From contig JAZNDH010000001.1 in the NCBI GenBank assembly GCA_045587965.1, positions 7,165-31,164 of the forward strand: a stretch of DNA of 24,000 bases, given 5' to 3'. Below, one piece after another: positions 6,216 to 13,889 of the stretch; position 1 is the stretch's first letter, and each line of letters begins with the position of its first letter. The notes under the pieces are model-generated. The model ran no database searches. It was not told the origin of the DNA and worked only from the letters and a program-made list of their open reading frames with translations. The position numbers and the translations under genes were made by a program. The stretch comes from Congzhengia sp. Its GTDB lineage: Bacteria > Bacillota > Clostridia > UBA1381 > UBA9506.

Positions 6216-6893
6216 ATGAACAATATAAACAAGACAGCAAGGAAAATAAAAAGACAGTTAAAGAATTTAGGCGTAAAGGAGATATCAGACCTTTTAAATA
6301 CTTATGGTTATTCTGTTTCATTTATAGGTACAGATGACGGAAATGAAGAACTCAGCAGATACGAATTAGAAGATTATGCAAAGGGGAAGAAATCCTTTAT
6401 ATATAATCATACCGCAAAACTCGTTTTTATTCGATTTGATTTGCATACCCAAGAACAGATATACCTATTACTCCACGAACTGTCTCACATCGTTTTAGGG
6501 CACATAGGCAACGGATATAGTGAAGCGGTAGACAAAACTTTTGCCGAGATAGAAGCTGATGCTCTTACCTGGCTTATAATTGCCAATGAAAAATACTTTA
6601 AATTCCTTAAAAGAGCAATAACTATAGCAATAATTTCTGCGGTACTTTTTCTTACTGCTACAGGAACTATTATTGCGAATTCTATGCTAAACAAAACAAC
6701 ATATGCTCCGCAGTCTACGCCCACACAAGAAATTATACAAGAATCAGCATCTGAGGAAACAGTTTTTATTACACCTTCGGGCGAATGCTTCCATAGGTCG
6801 TCTTGTAGATATGCAAAAATATATGATGCAACGGAAATAACACGCTCTGATGCAACAAAGTCTTATCGACCATGCAAACTGTGTAATCCGTAA
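6216..6893 (+). CDS. immA: ImmA/IrrE-family zinc metallopeptidase with C-terminal TM helix and Cys/His motif
   Basis: HEXXH (LLHELSHIVLGH) plus the downstream EIEADALT typical of the ImmA/IrrE (M78) family. Then a hydrophobic helix AITIAIISAVLFLTATGTIIANSML. Then GECFHRSSCRYAKIYDATEITRSDATKSYRPCKLCNP. Confidence 0.75.
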   Translation: MNNINKTARKIKRQLKNLGVKEISDLLNTYGYSVSFIGTDDGNEELSRYELEDYAKGKKSFIYNHTAKLVFIRFDLHTQEQIYLLLHELSHIVLGHIGNGYSEAVDKTFAEIEADALTWLIIANEKYFKFLKRAITIAIISAVLFLTATGTIIANSMLNKTTYAPQSTPTQEIIQESASEETVFITPSGECFHRSSCRYAKIYDATEITRSDATKSYRPCKLCNP

Positions 6894-6937
6894 AATCAAA
6901 TGACATCTTAGGTATCGACACAAAGTAGAAAATTATA

Positions 6938-6952
6938 GGACTACTATTGTGT
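6938..6952. repeat. 15-bp perfect inverted repeat, right arm (GGACTACTATTGTGT)
   Basis: Reverse complement of 6186-6200. It lies in the gap between the ImmA stop (6893) and the next start (6980). Confidence 0.8.
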
Positions 6953-6979
6953 TTACCATTTTTAGAAAGAAGGCTTTCA

Positions 6980-7915
6980 ATGTTTTTAGAAAAAATACTT
7001 AATTTATTTAAAGCAAAATCAACAGTCCCCAAAACAGTAGCCATTCAACATCCAAGAGAAACTCTTAGGAGCACTTTAACTGAAATTACAATGCCCGAAC
7101 GGACTTCCCCTGCGCCTCGATTTTTATCTGCATGCTACAAAGTTGAAGAACCTAATGAATACGAGGGTCATTTTAAAAACGGCGTATTGTGTGATGTCTT
7201 TCCGAGAGATAAATCAATATCTCTAGACGAAGACAGACAAACGGTATATGACGCAAGATATATCGTGTCCGATGGAATAAAATACGATTTGGAAAACCCC
7301 GATAGCATTAAAACTATGCCTATCCCCAATTGTAAAGACGATGGCAATATGCCTTATATAACAAGAGATTTAGGAAATATTCTTAAAATGAGAGCAAACC
7401 GCGAAAACAGACCGCACATTGCAGTGCCGCTCACATACAAAGCCGCTAACATAATGATGTTTTCTCCGATAGCTTGGGACAAAAAAGATTTTTATATGAT
7501 AATAAAACACCTTTGGTTAATAGGCGAAATTGAATACGCGGACCATTTGCTTGCAGAGTTAGAAAAACAACTCCCATTTATGACAGATGATGAATGGGTT
7601 GTGGATAGCCAAGTTAAATATGAAGAAGAGTTTTCAGAACGAATAGGAACTACCATAACAGCAAAAGAAAGAGAAAATTGGGAAGAGTGGCGAAAAAATA
7701 TTGTTGCCAGTGCTGAAAAAGATGCTCAATATTATGACCGCAATTATTGGATAGGAGAATACCATAAACATCTTGAATATCAAAATATTGTTGATTGTTT
7801 AGGCGATAAAGCGCCTAAAAGCTTTAGTGGATATATGAGGATGAAAAAACAAAACACAAAAAATTTTCAAAAATTAAAAGAACTGGCAAAAGAATTAAAT
7901 ATTGCCATATCCTAA
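6980..7915 (+). CDS. Orphan hypothetical protein in the lysogeny operon (311 aa)
   Basis: ATG 6980 is preceded by AGAAAGAAGG; the track start at 6947 lacks an RBS. Long ORF with no TM segment, signal peptide, Walker or HxH motif that I recognise. It sits between immA and int on the same strand, and its stop lies 15 nt before the int start. Confidence 0.65.
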   Translation: MFLEKILNLFKAKSTVPKTVAIQHPRETLRSTLTEITMPERTSPAPRFLSACYKVEEPNEYEGHFKNGVLCDVFPRDKSISLDEDRQTVYDARYIVSDGIKYDLENPDSIKTMPIPNCKDDGNMPYITRDLGNILKMRANRENRPHIAVPLTYKAANIMMFSPIAWDKKDFYMIIKHLWLIGEIEYADHLLAELEKQLPFMTDDEWVVDSQVKYEEEFSERIGTTITAKERENWEEWRKNIVASAEKDAQYYDRNYWIGEYHKHLEYQNIVDCLGDKAPKSFSGYMRMKKQNTKNFQKLKELAKELNIAIS

Positions 7916-7930
7916 AGGAGTGCCATTTGT

Positions 7931-9019
7931 ATGACAAATTGCATCAAATGCCAAAAAGAAATACCCCAAGAAGGCGCCTTCTGCATGCACTGCGGAACCA
8001 GGCAAGAAAAAACCTCAAGGAAGAGCAGGCGAACTCGCGGAAACGGTTTAGGCAGCGTCTACAAGCTTCCTAACGGAAAATATCGTGCAGAAGTAACCCT
8101 CGGATATTCAGCAGAGGGTAAAAGAATCTACACAACCAAATCAGGCTTCACTTCAAAGAAGGCAGCTTTAGAGTACTTGCCATTATTGCAAAAGGGTCAT
8201 AAAGAAAAGAAATGCTTAAAGTTTTATGAACTCTTCGACCTTTGGAGTAAAAAGCATTATAATAAAATCGGCAAGTCAAAACAGTCATCATATAATACCG
8301 CATACAAAAGATGCGAACCAATATATTATTTTGATATATCATCCATAAGTCTATATGATATGCAGGGGATTATAGATAGCTGTCCTGGTGGATATTATCC
8401 AAAGCAGGACATAAAAGTATTATTAAATAAGATGTTTTCCTATGCTATAGCAAACGGAGACTGCGATACAAACTATGCCACATATATAGAATTACCACCA
8501 CTTACAAAATCAAAGAAAACAGCATTTAACAAGCAAGAAGTGAATGCAATTTGGTCAGAATACGAAAACGGCTATGAATTCGCAGGTTATGTCCTTATTA
8601 TGATATATACAGGCATGCGATACGGAGAAATATCAATCATAGAAAAAGAGCGTATTTATCTTGATAAAAAACATATGATAGGCGGAATTAAAACTGAAGC
8701 AGGCATAGACAGAGTAATAGCAATTGCGGATAAAATTTTCCCCATCGTAGAAAGATTTTACAACAAAAACAAAACCAAACTTCTTGAAATGTCTGAAAAG
8801 GCATTCTATGCCGAGTTTAAAAACCTAATGAAAAAGATAGGTGCACGCCCGGAGCTGACACCACATTGTTGCCGACATACTTTCTCGACAATTATGGCCG
8901 AAAAAGGCATACAGCCGGCAATAATAAAAGAAGCTGCAGGACACGCAAACTATTCCACAACTCTTGGATACACACATATCCCGCTTGAAACTTTACTTGG
9001 TGCAGTTAATAAACTTTAA
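7931..9019 (+). CDS. int: Tyrosine-type site-specific integrase with N-terminal zinc ribbon
   Basis: CIKCQKEIPQEGAFCMHCG at the N-terminus. Catalytic-domain signatures are MIYTGMRYGEI, HCCRHTF and GHANYSTTLGYTH (R..HxxR..H..Y). AAGGAG RBS. It is the last phage gene before the tRNA fragment. Confidence 0.9.
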   Translation: MTNCIKCQKEIPQEGAFCMHCGTRQEKTSRKSRRTRGNGLGSVYKLPNGKYRAEVTLGYSAEGKRIYTTKSGFTSKKAALEYLPLLQKGHKEKKCLKFYELFDLWSKKHYNKIGKSKQSSYNTAYKRCEPIYYFDISSISLYDMQGIIDSCPGGYYPKQDIKVLLNKMFSYAIANGDCDTNYATYIELPPLTKSKKTAFNKQEVNAIWSEYENGYEFAGYVLIMIYTGMRYGEISIIEKERIYLDKKHMIGGIKTEAGIDRVIAIADKIFPIVERFYNKNKTKLLEMSEKAFYAEFKNLMKKIGARPELTPHCCRHTFSTIMAEKGIQPAIIKEAAGHANYSTTLGYTHIPLETLLGAVNKL

Positions 9020-9091
9020 CAAAAAGTGATTTCTATTCCTACTTTACTCCTACTTCAACAGATGCAAACCCCTATAATATCGCATTTGCAC

Positions 9092-9155
9092 CACCCCTGC
9101 TAAGGGTGTAGGTCGGGAAACCGGCGCGAGAGTTCGAATCTCTCCTTCTCCGCCA
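9092..9155 (+). tRNA. 3' 64-nt fragment of tRNA-Ser(GCU): anticodon arm, long variable arm, T arm, 3' acceptor and CCA. Putative prophage att core.
   Basis: Anticodon stem CACCC/GGGTG with loop CTGCTAA (anticodon GCT at 9099-9101). Variable hairpin GTCGG-GAAA-CCGGC. T arm GAGAG-TTCGAAT-CTCTC. 3' acceptor CTTCTCC-G-CCA. No GGAGAAG 5' acceptor strand or D arm in the preceding 40 nt, so it is not a complete gene. Confidence 0.65.
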
Positions 9156-9158
9156 AAA

Positions 9159-9196
9159 ACGAGCATACCCGATTTAATGGATATGCTCGTTTTTTT
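9159..9196 (+). terminator. Rho-independent terminator of the tRNA locus
   Basis: ACGAGCATA (9159-9167) / TATGCTCGT (9182-9190), followed by a T-run to 9196. Confidence 0.7.
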
Positions 9197-9332
9197 GTGC
9201 AAAAATGGAAAAAATCGCAGTCAGCCCCGAAGGGCGAATCTCTCCGCTAAATTTTAAACATCACGAAAAAATACCGACAAAGTTGTCAAAAAGTTGTCAG
9301 ATTTTTAAAGATAATCTCCCTTTTTCACTCAT

Positions 9333-9367
9333 AAAAAGCAAGCTACATTAATGTAGCTTGCTTTTTT
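9333..9367. terminator. Bidirectional intrinsic terminator downstream of the GH51 gene
   Basis: GCAAGCTACA (9338-9347) / TGTAGCTTGC (9352-9361), flanked by an A-run (9333-9337) and a T-run (9362-9367). Confidence 0.7.
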
Positions 9368-9404
9368 AAACGGGTAAAATCTCCGATTTTTTATTTAAAT
9401 TCAT

Positions 9405-11303
9405 TTATGCCTTAACTTTCAAAAGCGAAACACTAAGTTTAGGTACTGTTATTTTCAAAACGCCATCAACACTTTCATTCACGATGCTTTTTTGAGAAAA
9501 TTCACTATATGGTCCTATATCATCAGCGTATAATTGAATACCCTCTGCTTTGCCGCTTTGACGGATTAAAAATGTTTTCTCTGTATCGTAAGAATCGTTT
9601 ACAAGTGTTATTGTAATCTCTCCGTCTCTTTCACTGATTGCAACATCGTCACCAATATGCTTTACCTGTCCGTTGCTGTGCTGTGAAATTAAATTAAACA
9701 CTTGTCCCATGGGCGTAAGTCCTGCTCTATCAGGGTAAACATAAATGCAGCCTTCATTAATCGGCTGATATACTGATGAAAGCACCACATTATTCTTTTT
9801 CTGCTCATCAATAAGCATATGAAACATTTTTACAGCAAATATTCCCGCAAAGGTGTCCTGCGGACGATACCAGCTGTACCAGCAATTCCATTCATCAAAA
9901 GCAATATCAACATCCTGCGACAGATAAGAACGCATATCGTGTATTTTTTTACGACATACCTCCAAACCTTGCAAGCGGTCAATCATTTCACTCTTCTTTT
10001 CATCTGATTTTGCATACGTGGGTGCGTTAACATAGTTATGTAATGCTGCCATTGATGCCATATCTGCCAATTTGTTATTAGCATCTATTCCCCAATCTTT
10101 ATTAGGGTGACATCCTGAGGAGCATAATATAAGCTCAGGGTCAACCTTAAGCATAGCTTTTGCATTATTTTCAGCTATTACGCAATATCCCTTAGGTGTG
10201 TTATCACCTTCCATATGAGCATATCCTGCTTCATTTCCGAGTGACCAGTATTTAACATTATATGGTTCTTTAAAACCACGTTCAATTCGCATTTTTCCGT
10301 ATTCTGTGGTTTCGTCGCCATTGCAGTATTCTACCCATGCCGCATTTTCTTCGGGTGTATTCCATGTCAAATTCAGAGTAAGAGATGGTTCAGCGCCTAT
10401 CTCACGGCAAAGAGCGATAAAATCGTCAGTATTTATTTCATGATAATCATAACCCATTGTATGAGGTTGAGTGAGATAATGGTTGTACGATTCCAAGGGT
10501 GCACGCATATCACAAGGCAGAAGTCCGTCTAACCAATTATATTCACCTGCAAAATTACCACCTGGCCAGCGAAGCATTTTAATATTCATACCTTTAAGAC
10601 ATTCTATAACATCCTTACGCATACCGCAGAAATTATCCACCGGCATAAGTGATATAACGCCAATAATAACCCTTGCTTTTTCGCTGAATGTAATACGCAG
10701 GTCTGCATCATCATCGGTTGTATCAGGTGTTATAACAACTGTATAGGTGTTCCATTCATTTCCTTCTGCAGTAATAGTTTCTTCGGCATATACTTTTTTG
10801 CCGTTATGTGAAACAAGAGCAATATTAAGCTCCGCCTTAATATCGGTACGCAACACAATTCGGAATTCATAAGCTTTGTTCTCTTCAATATAAAGCCCGT
10901 GTTGACCTAAACCTACAACACCACCATAAATATTTTGTATCAACTGACTGTTGCGTTCAAACCATCGACTCATATGATATCCCAATGGAGAGTGTTGGGT
11001 GTATGGCTGAGCAAGTACTCCACTATCAATATTTCCTGAACTTGTCTGGTCACAGCCCACCATTGCAAAGGTTTTATCGCCTATAAGAAACCACTCGATT
11101 GCGTTACCGCAAAAGCTACCAGGCACACCTGCAAACTTACGGTTGCGCAGCATTTGTGCTGAAAGACCTCCTGAAATTGCACTGCGGGAGTGCTCTAAAT
11201 TTCCACCGAAAAGAAGCGGTGTAACCGTATATTCAAGGTCGCAAAGTTCAATTACATTGTTTAAAGTGCCCTTCTGTTCTTCTGCGCATTTTTGTGCGCT
11301 CAT
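9405..11303 (-). CDS. GH51-like alpha-L-arabinofuranosidase with N-terminal ~220-aa extension, no signal peptide
   Basis: MLRWPGGNFAGEYNWLDG, YWSLGNEAGY (acid/base Glu context) and DIAFDEWNCWY (nucleophile Glu context) match the conserved GH51 blocks as I remember them. AAGGAG lies 7 nt before ATG 11303. Confidence 0.7.
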   Translation of the reverse strand: MSAQKCAEEQKGTLNNVIELCDLEYTVTPLLFGGNLEHSRSAISGGLSAQMLRNRKFAGVPGSFCGNAIEWFLIGDKTFAMVGCDQTSSGNIDSGVLAQPYTQHSPLGYHMSRWFERNSQLIQNIYGGVVGLGQHGLYIEENKAYEFRIVLRTDIKAELNIALVSHNGKKVYAEETITAEGNEWNTYTVVITPDTTDDDADLRITFSEKARVIIGVISLMPVDNFCGMRKDVIECLKGMNIKMLRWPGGNFAGEYNWLDGLLPCDMRAPLESYNHYLTQPHTMGYDYHEINTDDFIALCREIGAEPSLTLNLTWNTPEENAAWVEYCNGDETTEYGKMRIERGFKEPYNVKYWSLGNEAGYAHMEGDNTPKGYCVIAENNAKAMLKVDPELILCSSGCHPNKDWGIDANNKLADMASMAALHNYVNAPTYAKSDEKKSEMIDRLQGLEVCRKKIHDMRSYLSQDVDIAFDEWNCWYSWYRPQDTFAGIFAVKMFHMLIDEQKKNNVVLSSVYQPINEGCIYVYPDRAGLTPMGQVFNLISQHSNGQVKHIGDDVAISERDGEITITLVNDSYDTEKTFLIRQSGKAEGIQLYADDIGPYSEFSQKSIVNESVDGVLKITVPKLSVSLLKVKA

Positions 11304-11337
11304 ATAAATTCTCCTTGTAAAAAAATTACATACATTT

Positions 11338-11366
11338 ATTTTAATTCATATCAGTATAATTGTCAA
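11338..11366 (-). promoter_or_regulatory. Promoter of the GH51 gene
   Basis: Minus strand: TTGACA (11366-11361), 17 nt, TAAAAT (11343-11338). Confidence 0.5.
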
Positions 11367-11474
11367 GCGACTTTTAGCTTGATTACGGGATATTTGACCA
11401 AATATTACGTCCTCATTTTTACATTTTCCCAATACTCTTTTGCAGTTTATCCTCAACTTTAATATCCCAAAATC

Positions 11475-11503
11475 TTGCTTTCCCAAAAAAAATATGATAA
11501 AAT
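11475..11503 (+). promoter_or_regulatory. Promoter of the acyltransferase-permease pair
   Basis: TTGCTT (11475-11480), 17 nt, TGA-TAAAAT (11495-11503, extended -10). Confidence 0.5.
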
Positions 11504-11530
11504 GTAGCATATTTACAGGAGGTGTTTTTT

Positions 11531-12595
11531 TTGATTTTAGATATCTTTGTTGCTTTATTTATAATTATTACGCTTTGGAAAATCAAGCCTTTAATTTCAA
11601 AAAAAGAAACAAACAGCAGGTATCTTACTCAAGATACCTGTAACTCCTACAAAGGATTTTTTGCTATTATTGTCCTTTTACACCACTTAGCACAAAGAAT
11701 TTCTCCAGGAATTATCATTAGCGACTTTACAGGTGTAGGATATTTAGCTGTAAGTATGTTTTTCTTTTTCTCAGGATTCGGCCTGCAAAAAAAGAATTTG
11801 TCTGACAATACATATAAAAACGGCTTTTTATTAAAGCGAATACCTGCTATTTTGATTCCTTATGCCGTTATGACTTTTATATACTGGCTTTTATATGCCC
11901 TTTTGGGCGATGTTCGTACAATTTCGGATATGTGGACAGAATTTTACAAATGGGGAAATCCCATTGTCTGGTTTTCATGGTATGTTGTCAGCATTTTAGT
12001 ATTTTACATAGCCTTTTATGTGCTTATGAAAATCTTTAAACAACGTAAATTTGCTATGGTTTTGGGCGGAATTATATACTACATTATATATTTAATTATC
12101 TGCCGTGCTCTTTCCTTTGGGCCCTGGTGGTATATGACATCATTTATTCTGGTTTTGGGCATACTCTGGGCTTCGTGGGAAGAAGAAATTTTAACTTTTT
12201 TAAAAAAATCTTCCTTTATATTGATGCCTTTCATTTGGGTAATCTTTGTTTTAGTATCTGTAAATCAATGGAATATACGTAACGCCCTGTCTCAATCGTG
12301 GTCTGAAGTGATATTTTGTATGATAATGTCGACGTTATTTGTTTTAGGTGTAATTTTAACGTCTGCAAGGTTTATGTTCGGTAATAAAATATTAAACTTT
12401 TTAGGAAACATTTCCTTCGAGCTTTATATGGTACAAGGTGCTATTATGCTGGCTTTGCGAAATGATTATTTTTATATAGGCAACGATACAGTCTGGTCAT
12501 TGGCTGTTATTTTATGCTCAATAATTTTTGCATTTTTACTAAATAAGCTATTCAATTTTATGCTTTTAAAATATAAAAAATTAATTTTAAGATAA
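11531..12595 (+). CDS. Acyltransferase family 3 integral membrane protein (O-acyltransferase type)
   Basis: About 10 hydrophobic segments, with GFFAIIVLLHHLAQR and FFFFSGFGL near the N-terminus as in the Acyl_transf_3 family. The track start at 11522 is a GTG overlapping AGGAGG (11517-11522). TTG 11531 has 8-nt spacing. The start is uncertain. Confidence 0.7.
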   Translation: MILDIFVALFIIITLWKIKPLISKKETNSRYLTQDTCNSYKGFFAIIVLLHHLAQRISPGIIISDFTGVGYLAVSMFFFFSGFGLQKKNLSDNTYKNGFLLKRIPAILIPYAVMTFIYWLLYALLGDVRTISDMWTEFYKWGNPIVWFSWYVVSILVFYIAFYVLMKIFKQRKFAMVLGGIIYYIIYLIICRALSFGPWWYMTSFILVLGILWASWEEEILTFLKKSSFILMPFIWVIFVLVSVNQWNIRNALSQSWSEVIFCMIMSTLFVLGVILTSARFMFGNKILNFLGNISFELYMVQGAIMLALRNDYFYIGNDTVWSLAVILCSIIFAFLLNKLFNFMLLKYKKLILR

Positions 12596-12604
12596 GGAAA
12601 AAAT

Positions 12605-13693
12605 ATGAAACTTATTAAGCTTTTAAAAAAAGATTTGGTTTTGACAATATCGTTTTTACTCGCGCTTTTGTCATCTATATTTGTTAAACCCGATAAAGAG
12701 TATATTTCATATATCAATTTGCCTGTTTTGGTTTTGCTTTTTTGCTTAATGCTTGTTGTTGCAGGACTCAAAAAATCAGGTGTATTTGACAAGCTTAAGT
12801 CTTTTCTTTCATCTAAAATAACTTCTGAGAAAATGATGATTTTATGGCTTTGTATGATTTGCTTTTTTTCATCTGCATTAATCACAAACGATGTAGCGCT
12901 TATAACATTTGTACCTTTTAGCATCGCAATTTTAAAAAAGCAGGATATGGGCTCTTTAATTTTTTGTGTGGTTATGGAAACTATTGCTGCAAATTTAGGT
13001 AGCTTGATTACTCCTATAGGCAATCCGCAAAATTTGTTTTTATACACACACTACAATATTACACCACAAGATTTTTTTAAAATAACCTTGCCCTTGGGTG
13101 CTGTGTGTCTTTTAATGATTTTGATTTGCCTACTTTTCAGAAAAAGTGTTCCCCTAAAATCAGAAAATGAAAATGTTTCTGTAGTGCTTCAAAGAAAAAT
13201 TTTGTTTGTATTTTCATTGCTTTTCGTATTGTGTATTTTATCCGTTTTAAAAGTTATTTCTTGCTATGTCACATTAATTGCAGTTTTATTGTGTGTGCTT
13301 TTTATTAACAAAAAGCTTTTTTATGATGCTGATTACATACTTTTAATAACCTTTGTATTTTTCTTTATTTTTGCAGGAAATATGGCCAGAATACCCGTTA
13401 TTTATGATTTTATACAAACAGCGCTTAACGACCGTGTTGTACTTGTTTCAGCTATTATTTCCCAGGCTGTAAGCAATGTTCCTGCAGCCACGATGCTCTC
13501 TTCGTTCACAAACGATGTGCGTTCTCTTATTTTAGGAACAAACATCGGCGGATTAGGCACTGTTATAGCTTCAATGGCGAGCCTTATTTCCTATAGGTAC
13601 ATTGCAAAAGAAAACGTTAACAAGGGTAAGTATATGCTCGTATTTACAATTTTTAATTTTTCTATGCTGATTGTTTTATTGTTGCTTTTTTAA
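12605..13693 (+). CDS. ArsB/NhaD-superfamily (CitMHS / YbiR-like) anion permease
   Basis: Polytopic membrane protein with LITNDVALITFVPF, GNPQNLFLY and GTNIGGLGTVIASMASL blocks. It starts 9 nt after the acyltransferase stop. Confidence 0.6.
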   Translation: MKLIKLLKKDLVLTISFLLALLSSIFVKPDKEYISYINLPVLVLLFCLMLVVAGLKKSGVFDKLKSFLSSKITSEKMMILWLCMICFFSSALITNDVALITFVPFSIAILKKQDMGSLIFCVVMETIAANLGSLITPIGNPQNLFLYTHYNITPQDFFKITLPLGAVCLLMILICLLFRKSVPLKSENENVSVVLQRKILFVFSLLFVLCILSVLKVISCYVTLIAVLLCVLFINKKLFYDADYILLITFVFFFIFAGNMARIPVIYDFIQTALNDRVVLVSAIISQAVSNVPAATMLSSFTNDVRSLILGTNIGGLGTVIASMASLISYRYIAKENVNKGKYMLVFTIFNFSMLIVLLLLF

Positions 13694-13701
13694 AATGACA
13701 C

Positions 13702-13746
13702 AAAAAGGATCTGTAGCAAAATAAAATTCATTTTGCTACAGATCCT
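13702..13746. terminator. 16-bp hairpin between convergent genes (T-run only on the minus-strand reading)
   Basis: AGGATCTGTAGCAAAA (13706-13721) / TTTTGCTACAGATCCT (13731-13746). An A-run at 13702-13706 gives TTTTT after the hairpin on the minus strand. Confidence 0.55.
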
Positions 13747-13774
13747 ATGGACTGGACGGAAAATAGCGCAGATT

Positions 13775-13841
13775 GGACAAACTGAACCCGTAGGGGTTAC
13801 CCGAAGGCGTACGTTGGTACGCCGAGAGGTGAAGTTTGTTC
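13775..13841. other. GC-rich element predicted to fold as a three-way junction (candidate structured RNA, strand unresolved)
   Basis: P1 GGACAAACT (13775-13783) / AGTTTGTTC (13833-13841). P2 AACCC-GTAG-GGGTT (13785-13798). P3 GGCGTAC-GTTG-GTACGCC (13806-13823). By my count 37 of 67 nt are G/C, in an otherwise AT-rich intergenic region. Confidence 0.35.
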
Positions 13842-13856
13842 GAAACACAAGGCATT

Positions 13857-13889
13857 ATAAAAAAGGAATTCGTCAAATGACGAATTCCT
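13857..13889 (-). terminator. Rho-independent terminator of the glycan operon
   Basis: AGGAATTCGTCA (13864-13875) / TGACGAATTCCT (13878-13889), followed on the minus strand by TTTTTT (13864-13859). It lies about 100 nt downstream of the stop at 13992. Confidence 0.65.

Larger units (their letters stand above)
1..9155. mobile_element. Integrated temperate prophage, right-hand portion (continues beyond the left window edge)
   Basis: Contiguous phage-type content: divergent Cro/CI-type switch, ImmA protease, RecT module, HNH nucleases, replication-organizer gene. A tyrosine integrase is the last gene and is followed directly by a 3' tRNA-Ser fragment typical of an att junction. Gene content becomes ordinary chromosomal after about 9.2 kb. 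Confidence 0.8.

Noticed and set aside
5927-6321. Minus-strand ORFs (101 and 84 aa) overlapping the repressor and immA genes
   Set aside because: They are antisense shadows of well-supported plus-strand genes, with no start context. The same applies to 6485-6724, 6769-7044 and 8148-8342.
9060-9155. A complete tRNA-Ser gene
   Set aside because: The 3' acceptor strand CTTCTCC needs GGAGAAG about 85-90 nt upstream, and a D arm must follow it. Neither is present in 9020-9091, so only the 3' 64 nt are tRNA-derived.
9235-9245. Second copy of the T-arm segment CGAATCTCTCC, exactly 100 nt downstream of the first (possible remnant of an older att site)
   Set aside because: It is only an 11-nt match. 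Dozens of 11-mer repeats are expected by chance in 24 kb, and the flanks do not extend the similarity convincingly.
9276-9299. GACAAAGTTGTCAAAAAGTTGTCAG: a small palindrome plus an 11-nt-spaced direct repeat of AGTTGTCA
   Set aside because: It is short, AT-rich and has no adjacent promoter or gene start to regulate. It could be chance or a decayed site.
9205-9351. 48-codon plus-strand ORF (MEKIAVSPEGRISPLNF...) between the tRNA terminator and the GH51 terminator
   Set aside because: No RBS precedes the ATG, the composition is unremarkable, and it sits in a terminator-flanked spacer. There is not enough support to call a gene.
12472-13047. 191-aa minus-strand ORF inside the permease gene
   Set aside because: It is antisense to a polytopic membrane protein with conserved transporter motifs. 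Its translation is low-complexity Lys/Ile/Ser-rich and it has no RBS.
13775-13841. Identification of the three-way junction as a hammerhead ribozyme, purine riboswitch or c-di-GMP riboswitch
   Set aside because: The junction strands (G; ACCCGAA; GAGAGGTGA) lack the CUGAUGA/GAAA hammerhead core. The hairpin loops are 4 nt, not the 7-nt kissing loops of purine riboswitches. Only a short GGGGTTACC resemblance to the c-di-GMP-I aptamer was seen. The element also lies downstream of both flanking genes, not in a 5' leader.
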